Shown here: in pieces, positions 29,351-37,142 of the stretch | How the letters are laid out: each line of letters begins with the position of its first letter | Numbering within the stretch: position 1 is the stretch's first letter | Source: Acidobacteriota bacterium | Lineage (GTDB): Bacteria; Acidobacteriota; Thermoanaerobaculia; Multivoradales; UBA5704 | Direction: 5' to 3' | Length of the DNA: 64,000 nt | Assembly (NCBI GenBank): GCA_040005235.1 | Contig: JBDTZG010000003.1 | Span: 64,001-128,000 of the forward strand | Translations under genes and position numbers: made by a program | The notes under the pieces: generated by a model | The model's input: the letters and a program-made list of their open reading frames with translations, nothing else | What the model was told of the DNA's origin: nothing | Databases searched by the model: none

Positions 29351-29620
29351 GGATCTGAAGCCTCCTGCGCTAGAGTGCGCGGCGTGCCGAAACCACCGAG
29401 CGCCCGCCTAAAAACTCAGCCGCTTTCTCCGGAGCAGGAAGAGCGGATTCGCGAGCTGTTCCGCGAAGAGCTGGACAAACGAAACAAGTAGATTGCGATT
29501 CGGCGCCGTATAGCGGCCATCCGCCGCGGCCACCGCGTTGCCGCAGCAGCGGACGATTTTCGGCTCTGGATAGCGACGTCCCACCTCGCGAAGAGAGTTT
29601 CTGAGCCGGAAAGCGGCTTT

Positions 29621-29700
29621 CCGTCCCAGAATCGGATCTTCGGTCCCAGGACCGGATCTACCGTCCCAGAATCGGATCTTCGGTCCCAGAATCGGAGATT
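29621..29700. repeat. Four tandem copies of a 20-bp unit
   Basis: ccgtcccagaatcggatctt / cggtcccaggaccggatcta / ccgtcccagaatcggatctt / cggtcccagaatcggagatt, with no spacers. Confidence 0.9.
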
Positions 29701-29826
29701 CGCCCACGCCTAGCGGACTTACGTCTCGGATTCGGACTTTCAGCGAGCGTTTCGCTCTCTACCTCGCGGAATGGGGCTTTCCGCGGCGCCCGCGGATTCT
29801 CCGCGCCGGAACCGCCGATTGCGCGC

Positions 29827-30186
29827 CTATTTCGTCGCGTACTTCTCCGCGCCGAGAAAATGGAGAGAGACATACGGCTCATTGCCCACCACCCAGCTGT
29901 CGTGCGGATCGGAAGGGATGTAGAAGAGATCTCCCGGTTTCAGCTCGATCACACGGTCTTCGAACGCCGCGGTCGCAATGCCGGAGAGGACGAGCCCCAG
30001 ATGCTCGACCGTACACCGCGCGGCGCCGACGCCCGGCCCCACATGCTCGGACCACTTCCATCCCGGCTGGTAGGTCGCCCGGCCGATCGTCTGCCCGGCG
30101 AGACGGATGATTTCGAACCGGCCGAGGGTCATTTCGCGGACCTCGTCCGGAGTTTCGAAGCGCCTGAGGATCACGCCTAGGTCCAT
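29827..30186 (-). CDS. Cupin-domain protein
   Basis: YQPGWKWSEHV...C..EHLGLVLSG...PGDLFYIP..PHDSWVVG; GGAGGGAGG RBS. Confidence 0.88.
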   Translation of the reverse strand: MDLGVILRRFETPDEVREMTLGRFEIIRLAGQTIGRATYQPGWKWSEHVGPGVGAARCTVEHLGLVLSGIATAAFEDRVIELKPGDLFYIPSDPHDSWVVGNEPYVSLHFLGAEKYATK

Positions 30187-30468
30187 GTCGCCTCCCTCCC
30201 GTTCCGTCGTCGCTGCATTTCAGAGATAGAGTAGAGCCCTTCGTGTTGGGACGTACAGCGAGGGGCGATCTTATGAGAACGTTGCCGTCGGAATTCGCCG
30301 ATCTGTTGTCCCGGAAGGGACGCGACTGGGAATGAATGAAACGGTTTAACACTTCCTTCAGGTTTCAGCATCCTTCTGGGTCGTGCCTCCTCGAAAGTCG
30401 GCGACGACGCCGAATTCGAAGGAGGCGCCAACCGGAGCCCTGAAGGCTCCTCAACTCAGGAGTTGTCC

Positions 30469-31212
30469 ATGAAGAAGTTTGTCGTTCGCCTTTCCGTCGG
30501 TTTCCTGTTGGCCGCCTTCGTCCACTCTCCCGGTTTCGCCTTCGAGGGGACCGGGTCGATCGCGAGCGAGGAGGCGTTCCTCTCCTCGCTGGGCGATCGC
30601 GCGATCTTCGTCGCGCCGGGCGTCTACGAAGTCAAGCTGAATTCCAAAGAGACGATGCGCGTCGCCTTCGGCGATGCGGGAAGGCAATTCGATCGCGCTC
30701 GCTTCGAGGGGGAGCTTGCCAAAGTGCAGGCCGATCTCGCGCAGACGGCCCACCCGTCCCGCGAGCTGCTGCGGAAGGCGCATCGGCTGGAGGATCTGAT
30801 CGCCGGCCTTCGGACTCCCCAAACCCGGGCCGCGGTGACGGGCTGGACCTGCCCGGGGACCACGATTCAATACACCTACTCCTTGGACGGCTATCTCACT
30901 AGCGGCGTCGTCACCGCCAAAGCGAAGATCGGGCTCGGCGTCGATTTCGGCCCGCCTCCCCCCTCCTACCCGAACCGCTACGCAGACGCTTACGCCACGG
31001 CCTACCGGTCACCCTCCTGCTCTGAGAACTCCGTCAGCGCAAGCGACTCCCTGACCAACGGCGCTCTGGGCTTCGCCACCGCCACCGCCTCGGCCTCCTG
31101 CTCGGGCACCTGCATCGCCTGGGAGACGTTCAGCGAAGTGACGCAAGCCGGTTGCACCGACGGCTACCGCTCGCTGACCCGCTTTGGCGGCAGCTTGGTG
31201 AACTGCCCCTGA
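30469..31212 (+). CDS. Secreted hypothetical protein with Cys-containing beta-rich C-terminal domain
   Basis: AGGAG RBS, signal peptide MKKFVVRLSVGFLLAAFVHSPGFA, central helical hairpin, and six C-terminal Cys. Confidence 0.8.
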   Translation: MKKFVVRLSVGFLLAAFVHSPGFAFEGTGSIASEEAFLSSLGDRAIFVAPGVYEVKLNSKETMRVAFGDAGRQFDRARFEGELAKVQADLAQTAHPSRELLRKAHRLEDLIAGLRTPQTRAAVTGWTCPGTTIQYTYSLDGYLTSGVVTAKAKIGLGVDFGPPPPSYPNRYADAYATAYRSPSCSENSVSASDSLTNGALGFATATASASCSGTCIAWETFSEVTQAGCTDGYRSLTRFGGSLVNCP

Positions 31213-31225
31213 TCTGAGATCACGG

Positions 31226-31260
31226 GAGACGGCGGGCCGGCCCCGCCTGCCGTCTCTTTC
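31226..31260 (+). terminator. Probable intrinsic terminator
   Basis: GAGACGGCGGGC-7 nt loop-GCCTGCCGTCTC stem followed by TTTCT, 13 nt after the stop codon. The T-tract is short. Confidence 0.55.
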
Positions 31261-31305
31261 TCCGCCGCCAGTCAGAAAAGGTGCGATTTCTGGGATAATA
31301 AGCCC

Positions 31306-31605
31306 ATGGACCCACAAACCGCTGGCTTGGTCTCCCTTGGAATCCTTGCGCTCGTCGCGCTCGCCTACCTAGCCGTGTTCCGCAAAAAAGGCGAGGTGAA
31401 GATCGATGGGCCAGGCGGCACCGGCCTCTCGTTCAAAGGAAGCAACGAAGCCGACCGGCTCCCGGCGGGCGAAACGATGGCCGAGCGCATTCGAGCCAAG
31501 GGCTCGGTCGAAGTCGTAGGGAGCACGGGCGGAAACGTCAGCGCTCGAGAACTTGATGCAGGCGAGAACGTTCGCGTGGAGAATCAGCCCGGCCCAAAAG
31601 CTTGA
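31306..31605 (+). CDS. 99-aa single-TM protein with two C-terminal amyloid-like pseudo-repeats
   Basis: TM AGLVSLGILALVALAYLAVF followed by RKK; repeats GETMAERIRAKGSVEVV and GNVSARELDAGENVRVE. An extended -10-like TGgGATAAT ends 6 nt before the ATG (possibly leaderless). Confidence 0.75.
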   Translation: MDPQTAGLVSLGILALVALAYLAVFRKKGEVKIDGPGGTGLSFKGSNEADRLPAGETMAERIRAKGSVEVVGSTGGNVSARELDAGENVRVENQPGPKA

Positions 31606-33602
31606 CCCCCGGCGCTCCGAGCGTGACGGGGGAGATCTCGAACGTACACGCGGGAAAGAACGTGGTTCTCGCGGGGACCTACATTGAGGCCGCCGGAACC
31701 CTCACCTCCCGCTCCCCTCTCCACCAGCTCCCCGCCCCACCCGCCGATTTCGTTGGCCGCACGGAAGATCTCACGGCGCTTCGCGCGTCGGTAAGGAAAG
31801 GCGGCGCCACAATCTACGGCCTTCAGGGTCAAGGTGGCGTGGGAAAGACCGCGCTGGCTCTGGTGCTCGCCCGCGAGATGTCGGCGGATTTCCCCGACGC
31901 GCAGATCTTTCTCGATCTTCAGGGGGTGAGCGAACGGCCGCTCTCGTCTGCCGACGCGATGGCGCATGTGGTGCGCTCATTCTATCCCGACGTGAAGCTC
32001 CCCGAAGGGACGCAGCTCGCGGCGGTCTATCGGGACGTTCTCACGGGCAAGCGTGCGCTTCTATTGATGGACAACGCCTCGGGCCACGATCAGGTGGCGC
32101 CATTGGTGCCGCCCACGGAATGCGCACTGCTGGTCACCTCGCGGCAGAAGTTCACGCTCCCCGGACTCGCGGTGCGGGATCTGGAGCTATTGCCTGAGAA
32201 GGACGCTCGGGAACTACTGCTCGCGATCGCGCCACAGATCGGGCACCGGGCGGGCGAGATCGCGCGGCTGTGCGGGTGTCTGCCGTTCGCGTTGAGGATC
32301 GCCGCAGGAACTCTCATGGAGCGGCCGGATCTTTCGGTTGAAGCGTTTGAAAAGCGCCTGGGTAGGGAAAAAGAACGGGCGGCGATCGGAGAGAAGGTGC
32401 TCGGGCTGACCTATTCCCTCCTTCCTGATGCTTTTCAAGAGCGCTACCGCCAACTCTCCGTCTTCGCCGGAGATTTCGACGCCCCAGCGGCGGGCGCTGT
32501 GTGGGAGCTGGGCGAGGACGAGACGGACGAAACGCTCGGCGCGTTCGTGCGCGGGAGCTTGCTCGAAGGGAAGGACGGACGCTACAAGCTCCACGACCTC
32601 GCGCAGGGGTTCGCGGCGTCGCGGCTGGCGGAGGAGGAGAAGGCGCAGGGCGAGCTGCGGCATGCCGAGCACTACTGCGGCGTTCTCAACGAAGCGAACC
32701 GCCATTACGAGCAAGGCAATGAGCACATCCTCGTGGGGCTCGCGTTGTTCGATCGCGAACGGCACCAGATCACTGCCGGCCAGGCGTGGGCGGCCAACAA
32801 CCTCCAAACAAAGGAAGAAGCAGCGCGTCTCGCGAGCTGGTACCCGAACGCGGGCTTTCACTTTCTCTTGATGCGACTACTCCCAGGGGAATACATCGAA
32901 TGGCTCGAAATGGGTCAGCAAGGGGCACGGCGAGCGGAGGACCGTAAACTGGAGGGAAGTCATCTTGGCAATCTTGGCGTCGCCTATAGGAACCTTAGCG
33001 AAAACCGGCGAGCGATCGAGCATTATTCGCAAGCCCTCGCTATCTTTCGCGAAATCGGCGATCGACGAGGTGAAGGCGGCTCCTTAGGGAACCTCGGCAA
33101 TGCCTACTATTTGCTCGGAGAAACCCGAGCTGCGATCGAGTTCTTCGAGCAGCACCTCGTCATTGCCCGAGAGATCGAAGATCGGCGCGGCGAGGGAAAC
33201 GCCCTCGGAAACCTTGGCAATGCCTTTGCCGACCTCGGAGAAACCCGGCGCGCAATCGAGTTCTACGAGCAGCAACTCGCCATCGCCAATGAGTTGGGTG
33301 ATCGGCGAGGCGAGGGGAATGCCCTAGGCAACTTAGGCCTTGCCTACGCTGCCATGGGTGAAACCCAGCGGGCGATCAATCACTACAAGCAGTACCTCGC
33401 GATCACGCGCGAGATTGGCGACCGGCGCGGCGAGGGGAACGCGTCGTGGAACCTGGGACTTGCGTACGAAGAGCAGGGAGAGCTCGCTAGGGCGGTCGAG
33501 CTGATGCAAGTCTGCGTCGATTTCGAACGGGAGATCGGGCACGTAGATGCCGAGAAGCACTCGGCGTACGTACTGGCGATTCGCGCGGGGCTGGCGGGGT
33601 GA
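31602..33602 (+). CDS. NB-ARC (STAND) NTPase with C-terminal TPR array (bacterial NLR-like)
   Basis: PADFVGR, Walker A GQGGVGKT, Walker B LLLMDN, LLVTSR, CGCLPFAL, YKLHDL (MHD-like), and 40-aa repeats GDRRGEGNALGNLG. The TTG start overlaps the upstream TGA. Confidence 0.92.
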   Translation: MTPGAPSVTGEISNVHAGKNVVLAGTYIEAAGTLTSRSPLHQLPAPPADFVGRTEDLTALRASVRKGGATIYGLQGQGGVGKTALALVLAREMSADFPDAQIFLDLQGVSERPLSSADAMAHVVRSFYPDVKLPEGTQLAAVYRDVLTGKRALLLMDNASGHDQVAPLVPPTECALLVTSRQKFTLPGLAVRDLELLPEKDARELLLAIAPQIGHRAGEIARLCGCLPFALRIAAGTLMERPDLSVEAFEKRLGREKERAAIGEKVLGLTYSLLPDAFQERYRQLSVFAGDFDAPAAGAVWELGEDETDETLGAFVRGSLLEGKDGRYKLHDLAQGFAASRLAEEEKAQGELRHAEHYCGVLNEANRHYEQGNEHILVGLALFDRERHQITAGQAWAANNLQTKEEAARLASWYPNAGFHFLLMRLLPGEYIEWLEMGQQGARRAEDRKLEGSHLGNLGVAYRNLSENRRAIEHYSQALAIFREIGDRRGEGGSLGNLGNAYYLLGETRAAIEFFEQHLVIAREIEDRRGEGNALGNLGNAFADLGETRRAIEFYEQQLAIANELGDRRGEGNALGNLGLAYAAMGETQRAINHYKQYLAITREIGDRRGEGNASWNLGLAYEEQGELARAVELMQVCVDFEREIGHVDAEKHSAYVLAIRAGLAG

Positions 33603-33613
33603 GAGGAAGCCCA

Positions 33614-33688
33614 CTACGGGAAGTATCTGTAGATCTCTCGCCGGTGGAGAATCCTCACCAGCGTGATTTGGTCGCCTTCGATCACCAG
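33614..33688 (-). pseudogene. 3' remnant of a RelE/ParE-family toxin
   Basis: LVIEGDQITLVRILHRREIYRYFP* is a typical RelE C-terminus. The upstream sequence is unrelated and no antitoxin is present. Confidence 0.7.
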
Positions 33689-33853
33689 GTCAAGCGCAGC
33701 TTGCGGCGGACAGGGAAGGCAAGCTCCGAGGGGATCGAAGGCGGTTGATCGGGGTCTCGGCGGACGAAACAGCTGGCGTGAACTTAGGTTTACAGCTTTG
33801 ACCCTGCCTCTCAATACAGTTTAGATTCGCCCAGCGCTTTCGCGGCTCTACAG

Positions 33854-35062
33854 GTGGAGGATCGTAAGGTGAGGGTACTCATCCCGACCCATATCGACGA
33901 CATTCACGCGACCGCCGTGGCACTCGCCCTGCGGCGGAAGGGGCACGAGGCGGTGCTGTGGCACGGCGCCGACATGCCGACGATTCAGGCGGGGTCGATC
34001 TCGCTCGGACCCGACGAGAACGAAGCCTGGGAGGTCTCCGGCGAAGACCTCGAACTGCTGCAGCCCAACCTCGACGTCGTCTGGTACCGGCGGCCGACGA
34101 TGCCGATGCTTCCCTCCGGGGACCTCCTCCATGCCGGCGACGCGAAGATCGCCCGCCGCGAGCTTGCCGGCTTCATCACCGGCCTTTGGCAGTTCGTGGC
34201 GCCAGAGGCGTTCTGGGTCAATCCGATTCCGAGCCGGCTGCGCGCGAATTCCAAGCCCGTCCAGCTGCTCGAAGCTAAGCGCGCGGGCCTCGCGATCCCG
34301 CCCACCCTCTGCTCAAACGATCCGCGGCGGATCCGCGAGTTTCTCGCCCGCTGGCCGGGCGAGACAGTGTTCAAGCCTTTCCATCCGACCCAATGGCGGA
34401 AGCACGAAGGCATCGCGATGCTGTTCACCAGCCCGGTCGGGTTCGACGACCTGCCGGACGACGAAGTTCTGCGGCTCTGCCCCGGCATCTTCCAGCGCGC
34501 GGTCCCCAAGGCGTGCGAGCTGCGGGTGACGATGATGGGCCATCACGCGATCACCGCCCGGCTGCTGTCCCAATCGGAAGAAGCGTCGCGCCAGGACTGG
34601 CGGGCGGCGTTCGGCAAGCTGCCGATGGAGCCGGGCGAGATCCCCGAGCCGGTCGCCGCCCGCTGCCGCGAGCTGATGCGCCGGCTGGGCATCGTTTTCG
34701 GCTGCATCGACCTGATCGTGACGCCCGAGGGCGAGCACGTGTTCCTAGAAATCAACGAGATGGGGCAGTTCCTCTGGATCGACGAGATGGGGCCGGAGAT
34801 GGCGACCCTCGATGCGTTCTGCGAATTCCTGATCCACCGCCGGAGCGATTTTGAGTACCGGCCGGGACCGGTCCGGGTCGCCTTCGAGGAGGTCAAAGAA
34901 GAGGCGTTGCAATGGACCGAGGAGGACAAAAAGAGGCATCAAAATCGGCCTGATGCGTCGTTGGTCGACGACGTGCCGGCGACGGAAGGGGCGGGAGCGC
35001 ACGCCGCGGGAGGGGCTTGCGATCACGACCATCCGCATACACACCCACATCCCGCGGCCTGA
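33854..35062 (+). CDS. ATP-grasp peptide ligase (MvdC/MvdD/RimK-like graspetide synthetase) with His-rich tail
   Basis: VVWYRRP, FWVNP...ANSKPVQL, IPPTLCSNDP, VFKP, IFQRAVPKACELRVT, DWR, FGCIDLIVTPEGEHVFLEINEMGQFLW; tail CDHDHPHTHPH. Confidence 0.9.
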   Translation: MEDRKVRVLIPTHIDDIHATAVALALRRKGHEAVLWHGADMPTIQAGSISLGPDENEAWEVSGEDLELLQPNLDVVWYRRPTMPMLPSGDLLHAGDAKIARRELAGFITGLWQFVAPEAFWVNPIPSRLRANSKPVQLLEAKRAGLAIPPTLCSNDPRRIREFLARWPGETVFKPFHPTQWRKHEGIAMLFTSPVGFDDLPDDEVLRLCPGIFQRAVPKACELRVTMMGHHAITARLLSQSEEASRQDWRAAFGKLPMEPGEIPEPVAARCRELMRRLGIVFGCIDLIVTPEGEHVFLEINEMGQFLWIDEMGPEMATLDAFCEFLIHRRSDFEYRPGPVRVAFEEVKEEALQWTEEDKKRHQNRPDASLVDDVPATEGAGAHAAGGACDHDHPHTHPHPAA

Positions 35063-35161
35063 GCCGTTGGCTTCGGGAGCCGGGTGCAGGCCGACTTTAA
35101 ACCGATCGCCCCAAAGGGCGGTCAAAACCACGCGAAGGATCGACGCGAGAGGAGAAGACCG

Positions 35162-35386
35162 ATGAAAAAGCTCGAGCGCAACAACCGAATCCTCGGACGG
35201 GGACTGGCCAAGGAGCTTTGCCCCACCGAGCTGTGCAACGTCACGGGCGGCGTGGACGACGCGGCCGGAACGCCCACCCGTTGCGTGATCATTGCGCACA
35301 CCCATTCGGCCACGATGCATGACGACTGCTACGTTGCGGCCACCGACACCGACGAGGCCGTTCCGGCCGAGGAAGCCGCTCTCTAA
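35162..35386 (+). CDS. 74-aa putative graspetide precursor peptide
   Basis: GAGGAG RBS; MKKLERNNRILGRGLAKELCPTELCNVTGG/VDDAAGTPTRCVIIAHTHSATMHDDCYVAATDTDEAVPAEEAAL*. Confidence 0.82.
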   Translation: MKKLERNNRILGRGLAKELCPTELCNVTGGVDDAAGTPTRCVIIAHTHSATMHDDCYVAATDTDEAVPAEEAAL

Positions 35387-35459
35387 TCCCAATTCCCGAT
35401 CCAACTCTTGACCCGGTGGCGTCCTCCCGCGCCCTCGGGCCTCCTTCCCCGCCACGGGG

Positions 35460-36359
35460 CTAGCGCTCGTCCTTTTCTTTCCGCTCCTTCGGGGCGCCGC
35501 CGGTCAACCGCTCGGCGTACTCAGCGAGCGGACCGAGACCTACCTCCGCACGGCGCCGATCGACGTGCTCGGCATCCTCGATCGGAAACGGTTCGAGCCT
35601 ACCCGCCACCTCGCGAAACTGCGTGCCGTAAACCTGCGGCTCGCCCGCGGCCATCCGCACCCGGTCGGTCAGATAGGCGAGCTGCGAGGGCGCGGCGTCG
35701 CCGCGGGCGAGCGCTTCGCCCAGCCGCGTGAGGCAGAGGCGCTGAAAGACCGGGTCGGAGTCCGCGTGCTGCGCCAACAGGAACGCGGCCTGGGCGCCAT
35801 CGGCTCCGACGAGGGCCCGGCCGGGCCAGCCGCGTTGCGCCACGATGTCGCGAAACCGCGCGAGGTTCCGGCCATCGACTTCGGCGACCCGCTCGGCCTG
35901 TTCGAGCGTCGGCACATCGCCGAGCGCGGCGCGCGCGGCCTGGTCGTCGGCCGTCATACGCAGCAGCTCGTCGTGGAGCACGCGGTCGCCGAGCGCGGCG
36001 AGGCGTTCTTCCTCGCGTCGGCGGACGGCCTCGACGGCGGGCGCCCAGCGCGGATCGGCCGTCAACGAGGAAAGATCGGAATCCTTCAGAAGGTGCTCGG
36101 CATTCGCGTAGCCGCGCGCGACCGCGAGATCGAGGAATCGGAAGGCGGCGTCCCGATCGCCCGTGCGCGCGAACGCGCAGGCGGCGTTGTAAGCATCTTC
36201 CGGCCGCGAGGCGCCCGCGGCGACGGCGGCGGCGAACAGCTCGCCCGCGGCGGAGAACTCCTCGCGGCGGAACGCGTTGCGCGCTTGCCGGTTGAGGTCG
36301 CTGGGATCGGTGGACAGGGTCATCAGCCAGAAGAGGGCGGCGAAAAGGCGCGGCGTCAC
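35460..36359 (-). CDS. TPR + DUF6624-like protein
   Basis: AYNAACAFAR...DSDLSSL TPR end; DQAAR, GWPG..LVG.DGAQAAFLLAQHAD, AYLTDRV...QVYGTQ and VDRRRAEVGL. Confidence 0.82.
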   Translation of the reverse strand: MTPRLFAALFWLMTLSTDPSDLNRQARNAFRREEFSAAGELFAAAVAAGASRPEDAYNAACAFARTGDRDAAFRFLDLAVARGYANAEHLLKDSDLSSLTADPRWAPAVEAVRRREEERLAALGDRVLHDELLRMTADDQAARAALGDVPTLEQAERVAEVDGRNLARFRDIVAQRGWPGRALVGADGAQAAFLLAQHADSDPVFQRLCLTRLGEALARGDAAPSQLAYLTDRVRMAAGEPQVYGTQFREVAGRLEPFPIEDAEHVDRRRAEVGLGPLAEYAERLTGGAPKERKEKDER

Positions 36360-36481
36360 GACGGCTCCCCAAGGGTTCCGGATCCGAAATCCTATCCCGG
36401 GGCCGAAGTGCGGCGCCAGGGTTTGGGACCCCGGGCCTCTTCGGTCCGAACGAGCCCGCGTTGGACCTGGACGAATAGCGA

Positions 36482-36800
36482 CTACGGCGCCAGCGCCCAG
36501 AGCTCCGTGCCGGCGTGGGTGTCATACCAGGGAAAGAAGATCCGCTGGCCGGCGCGAACGAAGTCCCGGCGATCCGTGCCCTGAAAAAGTCCGAGCCGGC
36601 GCACGGTGCCGGCCCGCGTGCCGTCCCCGCCGATCCCGGCGAAGAAAAAGCCTCGGTTGCCGGCCGGCATGAGAGTTCGCGGAAAAGAACCGCTGTCCTG
36701 AGCGGTGTTCAGGTCGGCGACCAGAGAGGTCCCCGCGACGGTACCGTCCGAAACCCAGGGCTCCGGCCCGTGAACCTCGTCGGTCAGACGAAAAAACGCG
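36482..36800 (-). pseudogene. 3' remnant of an ELWxxDGT-repeat protein
   Basis: HGPEPWVSDGTVAGTSLVADLN...GSFPRTL and terminal AGTELWAL. One middle repeat is collapsed and there is no plausible start or signal peptide. Confidence 0.7.
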
Positions 36801-37142
36801 GCCCCCGGCGGAGGCGCCGTAGGAAACGCCAAGAGACGAGGCGAACGGATCGTCTTCACCTACGAGCCGACGGGTACCGCCTGCCGGACTCACGCCGACG
36901 AACCAGAGCCGACCGCCTTCCACGGCTCCGAACGATTCCACACCCCGGGCAGGCACCGGGGCAGACGTCGATCCAGCGCGATCCCGCCGGCGTACCGTCG
37001 ACACGCGCAAGCCTTCGAAGTGTGTGAAATCGATATTTTCACATTTTTTGTGCTCAAAGCCCCGCGTGTGATCTTTTGCGGTCCCCTTGCCGCCACCTCG
37101 AATTCGCGCCAGGATGGGTCCAACATTCGAGGAGGTCCGCCC

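Noticed and set aside
29621-29700. Possible CRISPR array
   Set aside because: The units are contiguous with no unique spacers, and no cas genes are present.
32950-33480. ~120-bp DNA repeats as a diversity-generating or mobile array
   Set aside because: They are simply the coding TPR units of the NB-ARC protein, and no reverse transcriptase or template repeat is seen.
8418-35386. The ATP-grasp ligase as maturase of the 8.4-9.0 kb Cys-rich peptides
   Set aside because: It lies 25 kb away, the leader motif differs, and the ligase has its own adjacent precursor.
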